From the NCBI GenBank assembly GCA_025361705.1, contig JANYJW010000039.1:16231-80230 (forward strand): DNA of 64,000 nucleotides, in the 5' to 3' direction. The notes beneath the pieces are model-generated. The model searched no databases and was not told the DNA's origin. It worked only from the letters and a program-made list of their open reading frames with translations. This stretch comes from Gemmatimonas sp. (lineage in GTDB: Bacteria; Gemmatimonadota; Gemmatimonadetes; Gemmatimonadales; Gemmatimonadaceae). Below are positions 27,079 through 36,913 of the stretch, piece after piece. The position numbers and the translations under genes were made by a program. Position 1 is the stretch's first letter, and every line of letters starts with the position of its first letter.

Positions 27079-27408
27079 ATGACGCACGATGCCGCCGATT
27101 TTCGCGGCATCGCGGCGTCGTTGTTGCGGGACCAGGCGTCGCTGTCGGGGCTGCTGATTGCGGCCGCCGGAGCGGCGGGCCTCACGGCCGTCGAGCCGCC
27201 CGTCATTCGCCTGCTGCCGCGCGGTGGCCTGGTGATCATGCTCCTGCTCGACCTTGGCCACGTGGCATTGCACTCAATGCCCGACGATGGCGTGCTGGTG
27301 CTCGACCTGCTCGTGAGCGCCCAGAAGGATGCGCGCACGGCGATAGACGTCGTGACGCGGCGGCTGAACGTGCGCGCCGCACGCGCCACGCACAGCGACC
27401 GCGGCTGA
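27079..27408 (+). CDS. S-adenosylmethionine decarboxylase (SpeH/PF02675)-like protein lacking the pyruvoyl-forming Ser
   Basis: LPRGGLVIMLLLDLGHVALHSMPDDGVLVLDLLVS aligns with [35 protein letters not shown] of class 1 AdoMetDC (recalled sequence), with ES replaced by LG. High GC3. Alternative GTG start at 27049 overlaps the M28 stop. Confidence 0.6.
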   Translation: MTHDAADFRGIAASLLRDQASLSGLLIAAAGAAGLTAVEPPVIRLLPRGGLVIMLLLDLGHVALHSMPDDGVLVLDLLVSAQKDARTAIDVVTRRLNVRAARATHSDRG

Positions 27409-27425
27409 CGCCCGCGTTCGCCACC

Positions 27426-28988
27426 GTGGCCGTCCCCGCCTGGAGCGTTCCCGCGGCGCTCGCCACGATCACCGCGTGCGTCGTCGGCTGGAACCTCGCG
27501 CACGGCGCGCGACTGGCGGCGCTCCCGGGGGGGCGCACCGCGTTTCGCACACTGTCGGGCCTGTGCGCGTTCCTGCTGCTCCCGGCGATGGTCATCGGCC
27601 TGCTCTCTCCCATGGCACCGGGCGCGCGGCTGCTCGGCCCGCTTGCGTGGTTGGCACCGGTGGTCGCAGTCGGCGTGGCGGTGCAGGCGCTGTGGGTCCT
27701 CGTGGGCAGGCGGGCCAGCGTGGTCATCGTGCTGCCCATCGCTTGCCTCGATGTCCTGGTGGCCTGGATGATCGCCACGCGCTGGATCGAGGGACTTGGC
27801 GCAGAACTCCCTGCGTGGGCGCTCACCCCCGGCATGGCCGTTTCGACGCTTGCCGCGGCAACGCTCGGCGGCGGCGCATTCCTGTGGGGCGCGGCGGCGA
27901 TCGTCCCCGCGCTGGCGCCGGGCGCGTTGCCGCGCACGAGGCTGGGGCGCGGACTTCGTGCCCTGCTCGCGACGGGATGCGCGACCGGAGTTGCCGTGAC
28001 GGCGGTGACGAGCCCCGCGGCGTACGGCGCCATTGAGACGGCGCGCACGCTCGACGCTGCATTTGTGCCGGCACGCAGCGATCTGGCCATCGGCCTGCGG
28101 CTGTTCGGCGTCCTCACGAGCGCCCCGTCGGCAGGCACGGCGCGGCATGACATGGCGGTGGCAGACTCGCTGGGCGTCACCGCGGTGCACATCGAGTTTT
28201 CCGTTGAGGGAGCCACGGCGGCGGCGCTCGACTCGGTGGCGCGCAGCATCGAGCCGCGCCGCGATTCGATGTCCCTCGTCGTCACGCTTGATCTCGCGGA
28301 GCGTGCGCAAGACGGACGCATGGATGATGCCGCCATGCGCACGCGCCTCGCTGTCATCGAGCGCATCGTACGGCACCTGCGACCCGAGGTGCTGGTGCCC
28401 GCCGAGCGCGTGCCGGACGACGCCGACATCGCCTGGTGGCAGTCGTACTACACGCGCGCCGCGGCGGCCGCGCGCCGCCTCGACCGCAACGTCACCGTGG
28501 CCTTGGGTACCGATGCGTCCACGCGAGTCGACAGCGCGCTGGTGCACTGGGCGCTGCAGGGCGATACCCCAGTCGACGCCGTGGCGCTCGTCGTGCGCGC
28601 ACCCGACAGGCAGCCCGCGCGTTATCTCGCCGCGCTCGCTGCGATGGATCGCTGGGCGTCGGCCAACCAGGGCACACCCGCGGTGTGGCTGCTCGGCGTC
28701 CCCACCGCGCCGGCCGTGGCCGGCGAGGTGGCACAGCAGCATCTCGTGCGGCACGCCATGGCATGGGCCGCCTCGCGCGCCTGGGTGCGCGGCATCATTG
28801 CCGGCGATGCGTCCGACGAGATGACAGCGACGGGACTGCGCACCGCGACGGGCAGGTCGCGCCGCGCGCTCACTGAAGTCAGTGCCGCGCTGCGTGCACT
28901 GCGCGACCTGCCGGCGCCGACCGCCGACCCGCCGACCGCCGACTCGCTGCGCCGATCCCCCGATTCCCTCCCGCCCTCCCCGCCATGA
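27426..28988 (+). CDS. Polytopic membrane protein (5-6 TM) with C-terminal alternating beta/alpha (TIM-barrel-like) domain, function unknown
   Basis: The hydrophobic N-terminal ~230 aa has 5-6 TM helices. The C-terminal ~290 aa shows repeating strand-helix periodicity (VTAVHIEF, SLVVTLDL, EVLVPAE, VTVALGT, AVALVV, AVWLLGV, VRGIIAG). Start is uncertain (GTG 27426 or CTG 27405). Confidence 0.55.
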   Translation: MAVPAWSVPAALATITACVVGWNLAHGARLAALPGGRTAFRTLSGLCAFLLLPAMVIGLLSPMAPGARLLGPLAWLAPVVAVGVAVQALWVLVGRRASVVIVLPIACLDVLVAWMIATRWIEGLGAELPAWALTPGMAVSTLAAATLGGGAFLWGAAAIVPALAPGALPRTRLGRGLRALLATGCATGVAVTAVTSPAAYGAIETARTLDAAFVPARSDLAIGLRLFGVLTSAPSAGTARHDMAVADSLGVTAVHIEFSVEGATAAALDSVARSIEPRRDSMSLVVTLDLAERAQDGRMDDAAMRTRLAVIERIVRHLRPEVLVPAERVPDDADIAWWQSYYTRAAAAARRLDRNVTVALGTDASTRVDSALVHWALQGDTPVDAVALVVRAPDRQPARYLAALAAMDRWASANQGTPAVWLLGVPTAPAVAGEVAQQHLVRHAMAWAASRAWVRGIIAGDASDEMTATGLRTATGRSRRALTEVSAALRALRDLPAPTADPPTADSLRRSPDSLPPSPP

Positions 28989-29728
28989 CGCTCGCTCCCT
29001 TTGCCGGATTCCGGCCCGCAGCGCTCACCTTCCTGCGTGCGCTCAGGAAGAACAACCGCCGCGAGTGGTTCGAGGCGAATCGGACGACGTACGAACGCGA
29101 GGTCAAGGCGCCGCTGCAGGCGTTCATCGAGGAGCTCGATGTGCGATGTGCCACGGTGGCCCCGGAGTTCGTGGGCGATCCCAATGCGTCGCTGTTCCGC
29201 ATCCATCGCGACATCCGGTTTTCGAGGGACAAGTCGCCGTACAAGACGCACGCGGCATTCTGGATCTTCCATCGCGCGCCAGGGCGCGGCGTGGGGCAGA
29301 CCGTCGACGGCGGCGCGGGTTTCTACTTTCACCTCGAGCCCGGGGCGTGCCTGGTGGCGGCCGGCCTCTGGATGCCGCCGCGCCCCAAGCTGCAACGCGT
29401 GCGCGACGCCATCGCCGACGATCCCGCCGCATGGGAGGCGGTGGTGCTGGCCAGGCCGTTCGTCAGGCGATTCGGCGGACTCAACGAGGACGACCCCGGC
29501 GTGTTGCTCAAGCGCCTGCCGCGCGGGTACGCCGCCGGCCATCCGGCGGAACGTTGGCTGCGCTTCAACTCGTTCACCGTGTCACGCGCGCTGTCCGACA
29601 CTGACGTGCTGTCGCCCAAGGTCGCGGCGCTCGTGATGAAGGACTACGCGGCAATGCTGCCGTTCGCGCGCTGGCTCAACCGCGCGCTGGGGTTCCTGCC
29701 GAGCGCGCGCCGGTCGGGGGATCGCTGA
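28985..29728 (+). CDS. DUF2461 (TIGR02453) family protein
   Basis: FLRALRKNNRREWFEANRTTYE...FRIHRDIRFSRDKSPYKTH...GFYFHLEPG is the family signature. The ATG overlaps the upstream stop (ATGA). Confidence 0.85.
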   Translation: MTLAPFAGFRPAALTFLRALRKNNRREWFEANRTTYEREVKAPLQAFIEELDVRCATVAPEFVGDPNASLFRIHRDIRFSRDKSPYKTHAAFWIFHRAPGRGVGQTVDGGAGFYFHLEPGACLVAAGLWMPPRPKLQRVRDAIADDPAAWEAVVLARPFVRRFGGLNEDDPGVLLKRLPRGYAAGHPAERWLRFNSFTVSRALSDTDVLSPKVAALVMKDYAAMLPFARWLNRALGFLPSARRSGDR

Positions 29729-29765
29729 TGCGGCGCGCCCGTCCAGCTCCCGCGCGGCGCCGCGA

Positions 29766-32357
29766 CTAGACGGCGCGCCCCACGACGCCGCGCACGGCCC
29801 CTTCGACGTGCCGCGCGGGATCGAGAAATTCGCGTGCGACGCCCTGCAGGTCGGCCACCGTGACGGCGCGCAAGCGCGCCTCGAACTCGGCGAGCTCGTG
29901 CAGCCAGCCAAAGAGCCAGGCGTCGGCGATGTCGCCCATCACGGCGCTGCCGCTCTCCTGCCGGATGGCATGCGTGCCAAGCGCGTAGGTGCGCGCCCGG
30001 TGCAGTTCCTCGTCGGTCACTGGTGCCGCACGCAGCTTGTCGATTTCCTCGAGGAGGCCGCGCCGCGCCGCCTCCTCCTTTTCGGGTGACGTCGCGATGT
30101 AGGCCACGAACAACCCCGCAAGCGGCCGCACCACCGGCGTCGCAAGCACGGTGTACGCCAGTGACTGCCGATCGCGCAGCGCCTCGAAGAATCGACCGCC
30201 GAGTCCGCTGGCGACGCCGCCGAGCAGCGCGGCGGCGTAGCGGCGCGGGTCGTCGCGTGCCGGGCCCGGGTACGCAAGCACCATCGCGGTCTGCGCCTTG
30301 TCGCGCTGCTCGGCGAGCACGGTGCCCGGCGCCTCCCATCGAGGCGGTGCGATGGGCTGGTGCAGTGCGGGGGTCAGGGCGTCGAACGCGCCGACCACCA
30401 TGGCGGCGAGCACATCGGGATCCTGGTCGCCGACAATCACGATGGCCTGTTCGCCCGTGCAGACCGCGACGTGATGCCAGCGTCGCAGGTCAGCGCCTTG
30501 CAGCGCGGCCAGCGTGTCCTCGGTGCCGAGCGATGTGCGCGCGTACGGATGCGCGCCCCAGGCGGCGCGCGCGGCGAGGTGCATCGGGTACCGGTACATG
30601 TCGTCGCGCAACTGCGAAAGCTGCGCGAGCGCCACGCTGCGCTCGCTGGCGACCGCGTCGTCGGGCATCATCGGGTGTTGCACGACATCGGCGAGCAGGG
30701 CGAGCGCGCCTTCGAGCCGGGTCACCGGCACCGACAGCGTCCAATGCATCGTCTCGGCGCCGGCGCCGGCGGCCAGTGTCGCCCCCAGCCGCTCTCCCTC
30801 TTCGGCGATGCGCGTGGCGTCGCGCAGGCGCGTGCCCTTGAGCGACATGCGCGCTGCCAGCGTGGCGATGCCCCGCTGCGCATCGGGCTCCGTGTCCGAT
30901 CCCGCACGCACGAAGACGCCGACGCTCGCAATCGGCGTGCGCGGCGTCCGCTTGACGAGGATGGGCACGCCGGCCGCCGTGCGATAGACGTGCACGCCGG
31001 CCACCTCGGCCTCCGCCACGGCCCGCACCGGCATGATCGTCGCCGTGGGCACGGCGGCGCTTGCCGCGAGCGGCGCGGGCGTCGACGCATCGAGCGACGC
31101 GCGCAACGCATCGGCGCCCGCGCTGATGGGCGCCGATTCCCTGGGGCGATAGATGACGATGGCCGCCGCATCGGGATCGAGCAGCCGGCGCGCGGCGTCG
31201 GCCACGTCGTCCGCTGTCGCGCGCTGCATCGCGTCGAAATACGCGCCCGCCATTTGCCAGCCGCCAAGCGACTCCCACGATGCCAGATGGTTGGCGCGGC
31301 CTTCCATGGTCTCGAGTCGACGCAGCCACTGCGCCTCGTGCACGCTGCGCACGCGGGCGAGTTCCGCCTCGGTGACATCGCCGGCGCGCACGTGGGCGAG
31401 CTGGTCCCACGCGGCGGCGGCCGCGTCGAGCGCGCGATCCGGCCGTGCGGTCGCGTGGACGACGAAGACGCCGGGGTCGACGGGCGTGTATTGGTACGCC
31501 GAGATGCCCGACGCGAGCTGCCGGTCGCGCACGGCGCGAAAGAGTCGCGATGAGCGCCCCGTGGAGAGGACACTGGCGACGACGTCGAGCCGCGGCGCAT
31601 CAGGGCTCGTGAGCGGCGGCGTGCGCCAGCCGATGGCCACCTCGGCCTGCGCGATGTCGCCGGCCCATTCGCGCACGCGGAAGTCGCGGCGCGGCAGTTC
31701 CTGCGGCCCGCGGTCGCGCGTGACCGGCGCGTCGGGAAAGCCACCGTAGAGCTGCTCGGCGCGCGCAATTGCATCGTCCGCATCGACGTCGCCGGCAATG
31801 GCCAGCACGGTATTGGCCGGCCGGTAGTACGCCCGGTAGAAGCCGTGCACATGGTCGCGCGTGAGCGCGCGCAGGCCCGGCTCGCGTCCAATGCGCCAGC
31901 GGCGCATGCGATGCCGGTCGTGCAGCAACTCGAACAGCGTCTCGGTGGCCACGGCGTGCGGGCTGTCGGCCTTGCGCTTGGCCTCCTCGACGATCACCTC
32001 GATTTCGCGCGCCAATTCGCCGGCGTCAATGCACGAGTTGGCATAGGCGTCGGCCTGAATGGCGAGTCCCGCCGCGAAGCCCGATGCGGGAAGCACCGTG
32101 TAATAGCTGGTGTGGTCGTAGATGGTGCCCGCGTTGAGATAGCCGCCCTGTTCCTTGGTCTGCCGCGCGATGTCACCCACGCCGCGCGTCGGCGTCCCCT
32201 TGAAATACATGTGCTCGAGCACGTGCGACACGCCCACCTGGTCGTCCGGCTCGTCGAAGTAGCCCGCGGTCACCCAGGTGACGATGGCTACCACCGGGAC
32301 GCGGTCGTCGGGCGCCACGAGCACCGTGAGGCCGTTGGCCAGCCGGTGGCGCCGCAC
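29766..32357 (-). CDS. M16 (pitrilysin/insulinase) family zinc peptidase, duplicated M16 modules
   Basis: HxxEH zinc motif (GVSHVLEHMYFKGT) in the first module and a second inactive-type module. Start is uncertain: GTG 32357, or CTG 32402 overlapping the TPR gene stop. Confidence 0.85.
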   Translation of the reverse strand: MRRHRLANGLTVLVAPDDRVPVVAIVTWVTAGYFDEPDDQVGVSHVLEHMYFKGTPTRGVGDIARQTKEQGGYLNAGTIYDHTSYYTVLPASGFAAGLAIQADAYANSCIDAGELAREIEVIVEEAKRKADSPHAVATETLFELLHDRHRMRRWRIGREPGLRALTRDHVHGFYRAYYRPANTVLAIAGDVDADDAIARAEQLYGGFPDAPVTRDRGPQELPRRDFRVREWAGDIAQAEVAIGWRTPPLTSPDAPRLDVVASVLSTGRSSRLFRAVRDRQLASGISAYQYTPVDPGVFVVHATARPDRALDAAAAAWDQLAHVRAGDVTEAELARVRSVHEAQWLRRLETMEGRANHLASWESLGGWQMAGAYFDAMQRATADDVADAARRLLDPDAAAIVIYRPRESAPISAGADALRASLDASTPAPLAASAAVPTATIMPVRAVAEAEVAGVHVYRTAAGVPILVKRTPRTPIASVGVFVRAGSDTEPDAQRGIATLAARMSLKGTRLRDATRIAEEGERLGATLAAGAGAETMHWTLSVPVTRLEGALALLADVVQHPMMPDDAVASERSVALAQLSQLRDDMYRYPMHLAARAAWGAHPYARTSLGTEDTLAALQGADLRRWHHVAVCTGEQAIVIVGDQDPDVLAAMVVGAFDALTPALHQPIAPPRWEAPGTVLAEQRDKAQTAMVLAYPGPARDDPRRYAAALLGGVASGLGGRFFEALRDRQSLAYTVLATPVVRPLAGLFVAYIATSPEKEEAARRGLLEEIDKLRAAPVTDEELHRARTYALGTHAIRQESGSAVMGDIADAWLFGWLHELAEFEARLRAVTVADLQGVAREFLDPARHVEGAVRGVVGRAV

Positions 32358-32398
32358 GCGCGCCGGCGAGAGTACCGCGTCGAACGGGGTCGGCGGGG

Positions 32399-33511
32399 TC
32401 AGTGGACGATGCGCAGAAGACCCGCGTCGGCGCAGCCGCGCACGAAGCGCTCGGCGTCGTCGGCCGCGATGACGACGCCGGTGAGCACGAAGCCGCGGCG
32501 CGCCTCGGAGCGCATGAACTCCCCGATCGTCATCCCCGACGCGGTCGCACTCGCGGCACGCAGCTGCTCCACGATGCCATCCCACGTGCCGTCATGCTGG
32601 CGCCCATCGTTCGCGACCACCTGGTGCACGACGGCGGCCGCCTGTTCGCCCGTGAGCTGCTCCAGCAGCGTGCCGAATAGCTCCAGTTGGTCGCGCGCCT
32701 CGCGTTCATCCTGCTCGTTGAACCGCGTCTCGAGTTCCGTCAGCAGGTCCTCGGTGGCATCGACCGACGGGGCGAGCTCGGCCAGCCGCGCCTCCCATGG
32801 CTCGAATGACGGATCGCCCTCTGCCACGTGGAGGTGCGACTTGCGCAATTCAATGAGGCGCCAGATGCCGAGGTCGTCCCAGTGATCCTCGGGCTGCGAC
32901 TGGTCCAGCTGGTAGAGCGCGGCCTCAAATTCGCCGCGATCATACAGCAGGTTGCCCAGGTAGATGCGCGCCTCCACGAAGCCCGCATCGATCTTCAGCG
33001 CGCGGCGCAGCGCCTCCACCGCCTCATCGTCGCGCCCCAGCCGATGCTGGGCGTACCCGACGAGGGCCACCGACTCGGCATTGTCGGGTGCCTGGCGGAT
33101 GGCGACCTCGAAGAACTCGATGGCCTCCTCGAACTCGTCCTCGCGAAAGAGGGCGCGGCCAATCTGGTGCATCAGCTCGATGTCGTCGTCGTAGCCGAGG
33201 GCGCGCACATGCGCGAACATCCGCTTGGCGGCGTCCACCTGGCCGAACCGCAGGAGCGTCTCGCCCAGGCCGGCCAGGCCGTCCTCGTGCTCGGGATCGA
33301 GCACCAGCGCTTCTTCGAAGCTGCGGCGCGCCCACGCGAACTCGTCGCGCGCGAGGCGCGCATACCCGATGCCAATGTGGAGCTCGACAGCGTTGGGGTA
33401 AAGCGCCAGGCCCTCGCGCAGCGTCGCGAGCGCGCCGTCGTAGTTGCCCTCATTGTAGAGCTGGTGGGCCCGTTCGTCGTACTCTTCGGAACTCAGGAAC
33501 GAAGATGCCAT
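32399..33511 (-). CDS. TPR-repeat protein
   Basis: About six tandem 34-aa TPR units (YNEGNYDGALATLREGLALYPNAVE...), followed by an acidic linker and an unknown C-terminal domain. Confidence 0.85.
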   Translation of the reverse strand: MASSFLSSEEYDERAHQLYNEGNYDGALATLREGLALYPNAVELHIGIGYARLARDEFAWARRSFEEALVLDPEHEDGLAGLGETLLRFGQVDAAKRMFAHVRALGYDDDIELMHQIGRALFREDEFEEAIEFFEVAIRQAPDNAESVALVGYAQHRLGRDDEAVEALRRALKIDAGFVEARIYLGNLLYDRGEFEAALYQLDQSQPEDHWDDLGIWRLIELRKSHLHVAEGDPSFEPWEARLAELAPSVDATEDLLTELETRFNEQDEREARDQLELFGTLLEQLTGEQAAAVVHQVVANDGRQHDGTWDGIVEQLRAASATASGMTIGEFMRSEARRGFVLTGVVIAADDAERFVRGCADAGLLRIVH

Positions 33512-33620
33512 CGTTCGACTGACCTCCCGCGACGTGTGAGGGTAAGCCGCAAGCTAATTGAGCGTGCACTCTGGAAACAACGGGGGGCCGCGGCGTCCCG
33601 GCGCCCATCGTGCTGCGGGG

Positions 33621-34535
33621 TCATGCGTCGCCCCGGCACGCAACGGCAATGCGCGCGGCCAGCGCGGCATTGGCCTCGAGGAGCGCCAGGTTGGCGTGCA
33701 GCGACGCCCCAGCGGTTTCACGCTCCACGGCGGCGAGCAGGAATGGCGTGACTGCGGCGCCCGTGACCCCGGCGGTCCGCGCGGCAGCGAGCGCCTGTTG
33801 CACGGCCGCTTCCACCAGCGATGCGTCGAGCGCCGCGTCCGCCGGCGGCGGCTGCACCACAAGCAGGGCGCCAGGCCGGCCCAGTGCGCGGTGCACGTGA
33901 AAGGCACGCACCACGTCGGCGGGATCATCGGTGGCGGCGCTCAGTCGCAGTCCCGTGTGGCGCGTGAAGAAGCCCGGAAACTCGTCCGTTCCAAACCCGA
34001 TGACCGCCACGCCGTAGCTCTCGAGCCGCTCCAGCGTGGCCGGAAGGTCGAGAATCGACTTGGCACCGGCGCACACGGTGATCACGGGCGACCGCGCAAG
34101 CTCGAGCAGGTCCGCCGATTCATCAAACGCGGGCTCGCGGTGTACGCCGCCAATTCCGCCCGTCGCAAAGACGTCGAGGCCAGCGGCCGTGCAGAGCGCC
34201 AGCGACGCGGCCACCGTGGTGGCGCCATCGAGTCCTCGCGCCGCGGCCCAGCCGAGGTCGCGCGCCGACACCTTGGTCACGCCATCACGACCGAGGAAAC
34301 GCTCGAGATCGTCGCCCTCGAGCCCCACGGTGGGCACGCCACGCACCACGGCGAGCACTGCAGGCGTTGCCCCATGACCTTCGACCGCCGCGCGCATCCG
34401 TCGCTCGGCGTCGCGGTTGACCGGCGCCGGCAGCCCCTGAGCCAGCACGGAACTTTCGAGGGCCACAATGGCGCGGTCGCGGCGAAGGGCCGCGACGGCA
34501 GGGGACCAACGGACGGCGCGCGTGAGGGCGTGCAC
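33621..34535 (-). CDS. psuG: Pseudouridine-5'-phosphate glycosidase
   Basis: IVALESSVLAQGLP, ATGGIGGVHR and CAGAKSILD segments of the indigoidine-synthase-A-like family. Confidence 0.9.
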   Translation of the reverse strand: MHALTRAVRWSPAVAALRRDRAIVALESSVLAQGLPAPVNRDAERRMRAAVEGHGATPAVLAVVRGVPTVGLEGDDLERFLGRDGVTKVSARDLGWAAARGLDGATTVAASLALCTAAGLDVFATGGIGGVHREPAFDESADLLELARSPVITVCAGAKSILDLPATLERLESYGVAVIGFGTDEFPGFFTRHTGLRLSAATDDPADVVRAFHVHRALGRPGALLVVQPPPADAALDASLVEAAVQQALAAARTAGVTGAAVTPFLLAAVERETAGASLHANLALLEANAALAARIAVACRGDA

Positions 34536-34627
34536 ACCGCAAGCATACCACGCGACGCAATTGCTGACAATTGCCGCTTCGCGCCAATCGTGCGCGGGCT
34601 AGTTGCCGAGGCTATCTTCTACGCTGC

Positions 34628-36556
34628 ATGCAGCCGCCTCCGGACACCGCGCCGCCGGGCCACGACGACCAGTTCTTCCGGACACTCGTCGAGGCTTCAC
34701 AGGACCTCATCGTGGTCCTCGACCCCGAGGGACGCGTCGCGTACGTCTCCCCGTCGCTGCAGCGGATGCTGGGGTTCGATCCCCCGCACCAGCTCGGCCA
34801 CTCCGCGTTCGAGTTCATCCACCCCGAGGATCACGACGCCGCGCGTCGCGCGCTCAATGACGCACTGACCGGCGTGGCGCTTGGCTGGTACCTCGACGTG
34901 CGGCTGCTCGCCACTGGTGGCGATTGGGTGCCCGTTGAGGTACAGGGCACCATCGACCGCACCACCGCGCCGCCACGCGTGATTCTCCACGCACGCGACC
35001 TGCGCTGGCGCAAGCGAATGGAGCGCCTGATCAGCGAGCAGGACGCGTGGATGCGCGCGTTGGTGGCGGCCTCGCCGCTCGCCATCATCACCGTCGACAC
35101 CGCCCTGATGGTGCGCAGCTGGAACACGGCTGCCGAGCGCATGTTCGACTGGAAGGCCGAGGAGGTGCTGGGCCTGGCCCTGCCGATCCTCCCCGAGGGA
35201 CTGCCTGAAGAGCGCGACCTCCTCTGGAACGCGATCAACGCGGGCAAGCGATTTGACGCGTATCCGACGCGCCGCGCGCGGCGTGACGGCCGGCTGATTG
35301 ACGTGAACGTTTCGGTCGCGCCCATTCGCGGCGTGGACGGACGCATCACGGGAGCCATCAAGTTGGTGGCCGACACGAGCCAGCAGCGGGCGCTCGACCG
35401 GCAGGTCCAGCAGTCGCAGACGCTCGACACGGCGTGGCGCCTGGCTGGCGGCATCGCGCACGACTTCAACAATCTGCTCGCGACGATCCTCAGCTCGGCC
35501 GAGTTCCTGCTCGATGAGGCGCCCGAAGGTTCGCAGACGCGCACCGACGTGGAGGCAATCGTCGGCGCGACGGTGAAGGCGCGCACCCTGACACACCAGC
35601 TCCTGGGACTCGGACGGCGCCCGCAGCACAAGGTGCAGCGGGTCGAGGTGGGGGCGGCGCTGCAGGGGCAGATTCCCGAGATCCGCGATCGCGTCGACCC
35701 GTCGATCGGCGTGGAAAGCGCCATTCAAGGCGAAGACTTGTTCGTGGCGGTGGACCCTGACCAGCTGCGCCACCTGGTCGACCACCTCGCGCAGAATGCG
35801 TGCGACGCGATGGGGCACGGGGGAACGCTGACCATCGAATCGATGCCGGTGGAGCTCGACCGCGACACGGCGGTGGGCGACGCGCGCATCCGGCCCGGCG
35901 AATACGTGCTGCTCGCCATCTCGGACACCGGCGAAGGGATGAGCGCGGAGACCGCGTCGCGCGCCATCGAGCCGTTCTTCACCACGCACGAGGACGGTCG
36001 GCACCAGGGCTTGGGCCTCGCCACGGCATATGCCATCGCGCGGCAGGTGGGCGGCGGCATGGCGATTGCCAGTGTGGCCGGCGTCGGTACGACCGTGCGG
36101 GTCTACCTGCCGCGCGTGGCCACCGAACCGGCGCGCCGCGTGAGTGGAGAGCAGCACGCCGTGCTGGGTGACGTGACCCCAACCGACAAGCCCACCATTC
36201 TGCTGGTGGAGGATGACGGGACGCTGCGCGCGACGATTCGCCGCGGCCTGCTCCAGGCGGACTTCGAGGTGCTCGATGCCGCAGGAGGCGCCGAGGCGCT
36301 CGTCGTGAATGAAGTGCATCACGGACACATTGCGCTGCTCGTCACGGACGTCGTGATGCCCGACGTCTCGGGGCGCGAACTGGCGAGCCGGCTGCGGGCG
36401 CTGCGCCCGGGACTCAAGGTGCTCTACATGTCAGGCTACAGCGCCGACTCGTTCCGCTCGGCCGGCGCGCTCGGGGCCAGCGAAGCGTACCTGCAGAAAC
36501 CATTCACCACCTCGGCGCTGGTGGGCGCGGTGCGGAGCCTGCTGGAGTTCCTGTAG
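34628..36556 (+). CDS. Hybrid sensor histidine kinase (two PAS, HisKA, HATPase, receiver)
   Basis: PAS segments (FFRTLVEASQDLIVVLDPEG; ITVDTALMVRSWN). H-box GGIAHDFNNLL, G-boxes DTGEGM and GLGLA. Receiver LLVEDD...DVVMPD...K. Confidence 0.9.
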   Translation: MQPPPDTAPPGHDDQFFRTLVEASQDLIVVLDPEGRVAYVSPSLQRMLGFDPPHQLGHSAFEFIHPEDHDAARRALNDALTGVALGWYLDVRLLATGGDWVPVEVQGTIDRTTAPPRVILHARDLRWRKRMERLISEQDAWMRALVAASPLAIITVDTALMVRSWNTAAERMFDWKAEEVLGLALPILPEGLPEERDLLWNAINAGKRFDAYPTRRARRDGRLIDVNVSVAPIRGVDGRITGAIKLVADTSQQRALDRQVQQSQTLDTAWRLAGGIAHDFNNLLATILSSAEFLLDEAPEGSQTRTDVEAIVGATVKARTLTHQLLGLGRRPQHKVQRVEVGAALQGQIPEIRDRVDPSIGVESAIQGEDLFVAVDPDQLRHLVDHLAQNACDAMGHGGTLTIESMPVELDRDTAVGDARIRPGEYVLLAISDTGEGMSAETASRAIEPFFTTHEDGRHQGLGLATAYAIARQVGGGMAIASVAGVGTTVRVYLPRVATEPARRVSGEQHAVLGDVTPTDKPTILLVEDDGTLRATIRRGLLQADFEVLDAAGGAEALVVNEVHHGHIALLVTDVVMPDVSGRELASRLRALRPGLKVLYMSGYSADSFRSAGALGASEAYLQKPFTTSALVGAVRSLLEFL

Positions 36557-36590
36557 GACGCAGACGACGACCGCGAAGCACCGAAACGTT

Positions 36591-36620
36591 CGAGGGGCCG
36601 GCAACTGTGCCGGCCCCTCG
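36591..36620. terminator. Bidirectional terminator hairpin
   Basis: Perfect 12-bp stem cgaggggccggc / gccggcccctcg with a 6-nt loop, between convergent genes. Confidence 0.7.
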
Positions 36621-36633
36621 CTGTCGTGCCGAC

Positions 36634-36861
36634 TCAGGCGTCGTCGAACTCGTCGGCCTTCTTGGTCCCGACCAGCGTCCGCTCGCGTTCTTCGGGATCG
36701 ATGATCGCCAGCAGCTTGATGGTCTCGCCGGCCCAGCAATCAAAGGTCTTGCCCGTGCCCTTCACGATCCGGATCTCGTGTCCGTCCTCAAACTTCAGCG
36801 CGAGCTTGGGATACTCGGAGTTCACGTACTGCTTGCGGAGCTTCTGTGGGGGAGTTGGCAT
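36634..36861 (-). CDS. Small conserved-looking hypothetical protein (75 aa)
   Basis: High GC3 and a balanced composition (MPTPPQKLRKQYVNSEYPKLALKFEDGHEIRIVKG...). No domain recognised. Confidence 0.55.
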   Translation of the reverse strand: MPTPPQKLRKQYVNSEYPKLALKFEDGHEIRIVKGTGKTFDCWAGETIKLLAIIDPEERERTLVGTKKADEFDDA

Positions 36862-36913
36862 GAGGCGAAGCTACCGGCGCCCGGGAGTGGACGCAACACC
36901 CGCCGCACGCACC

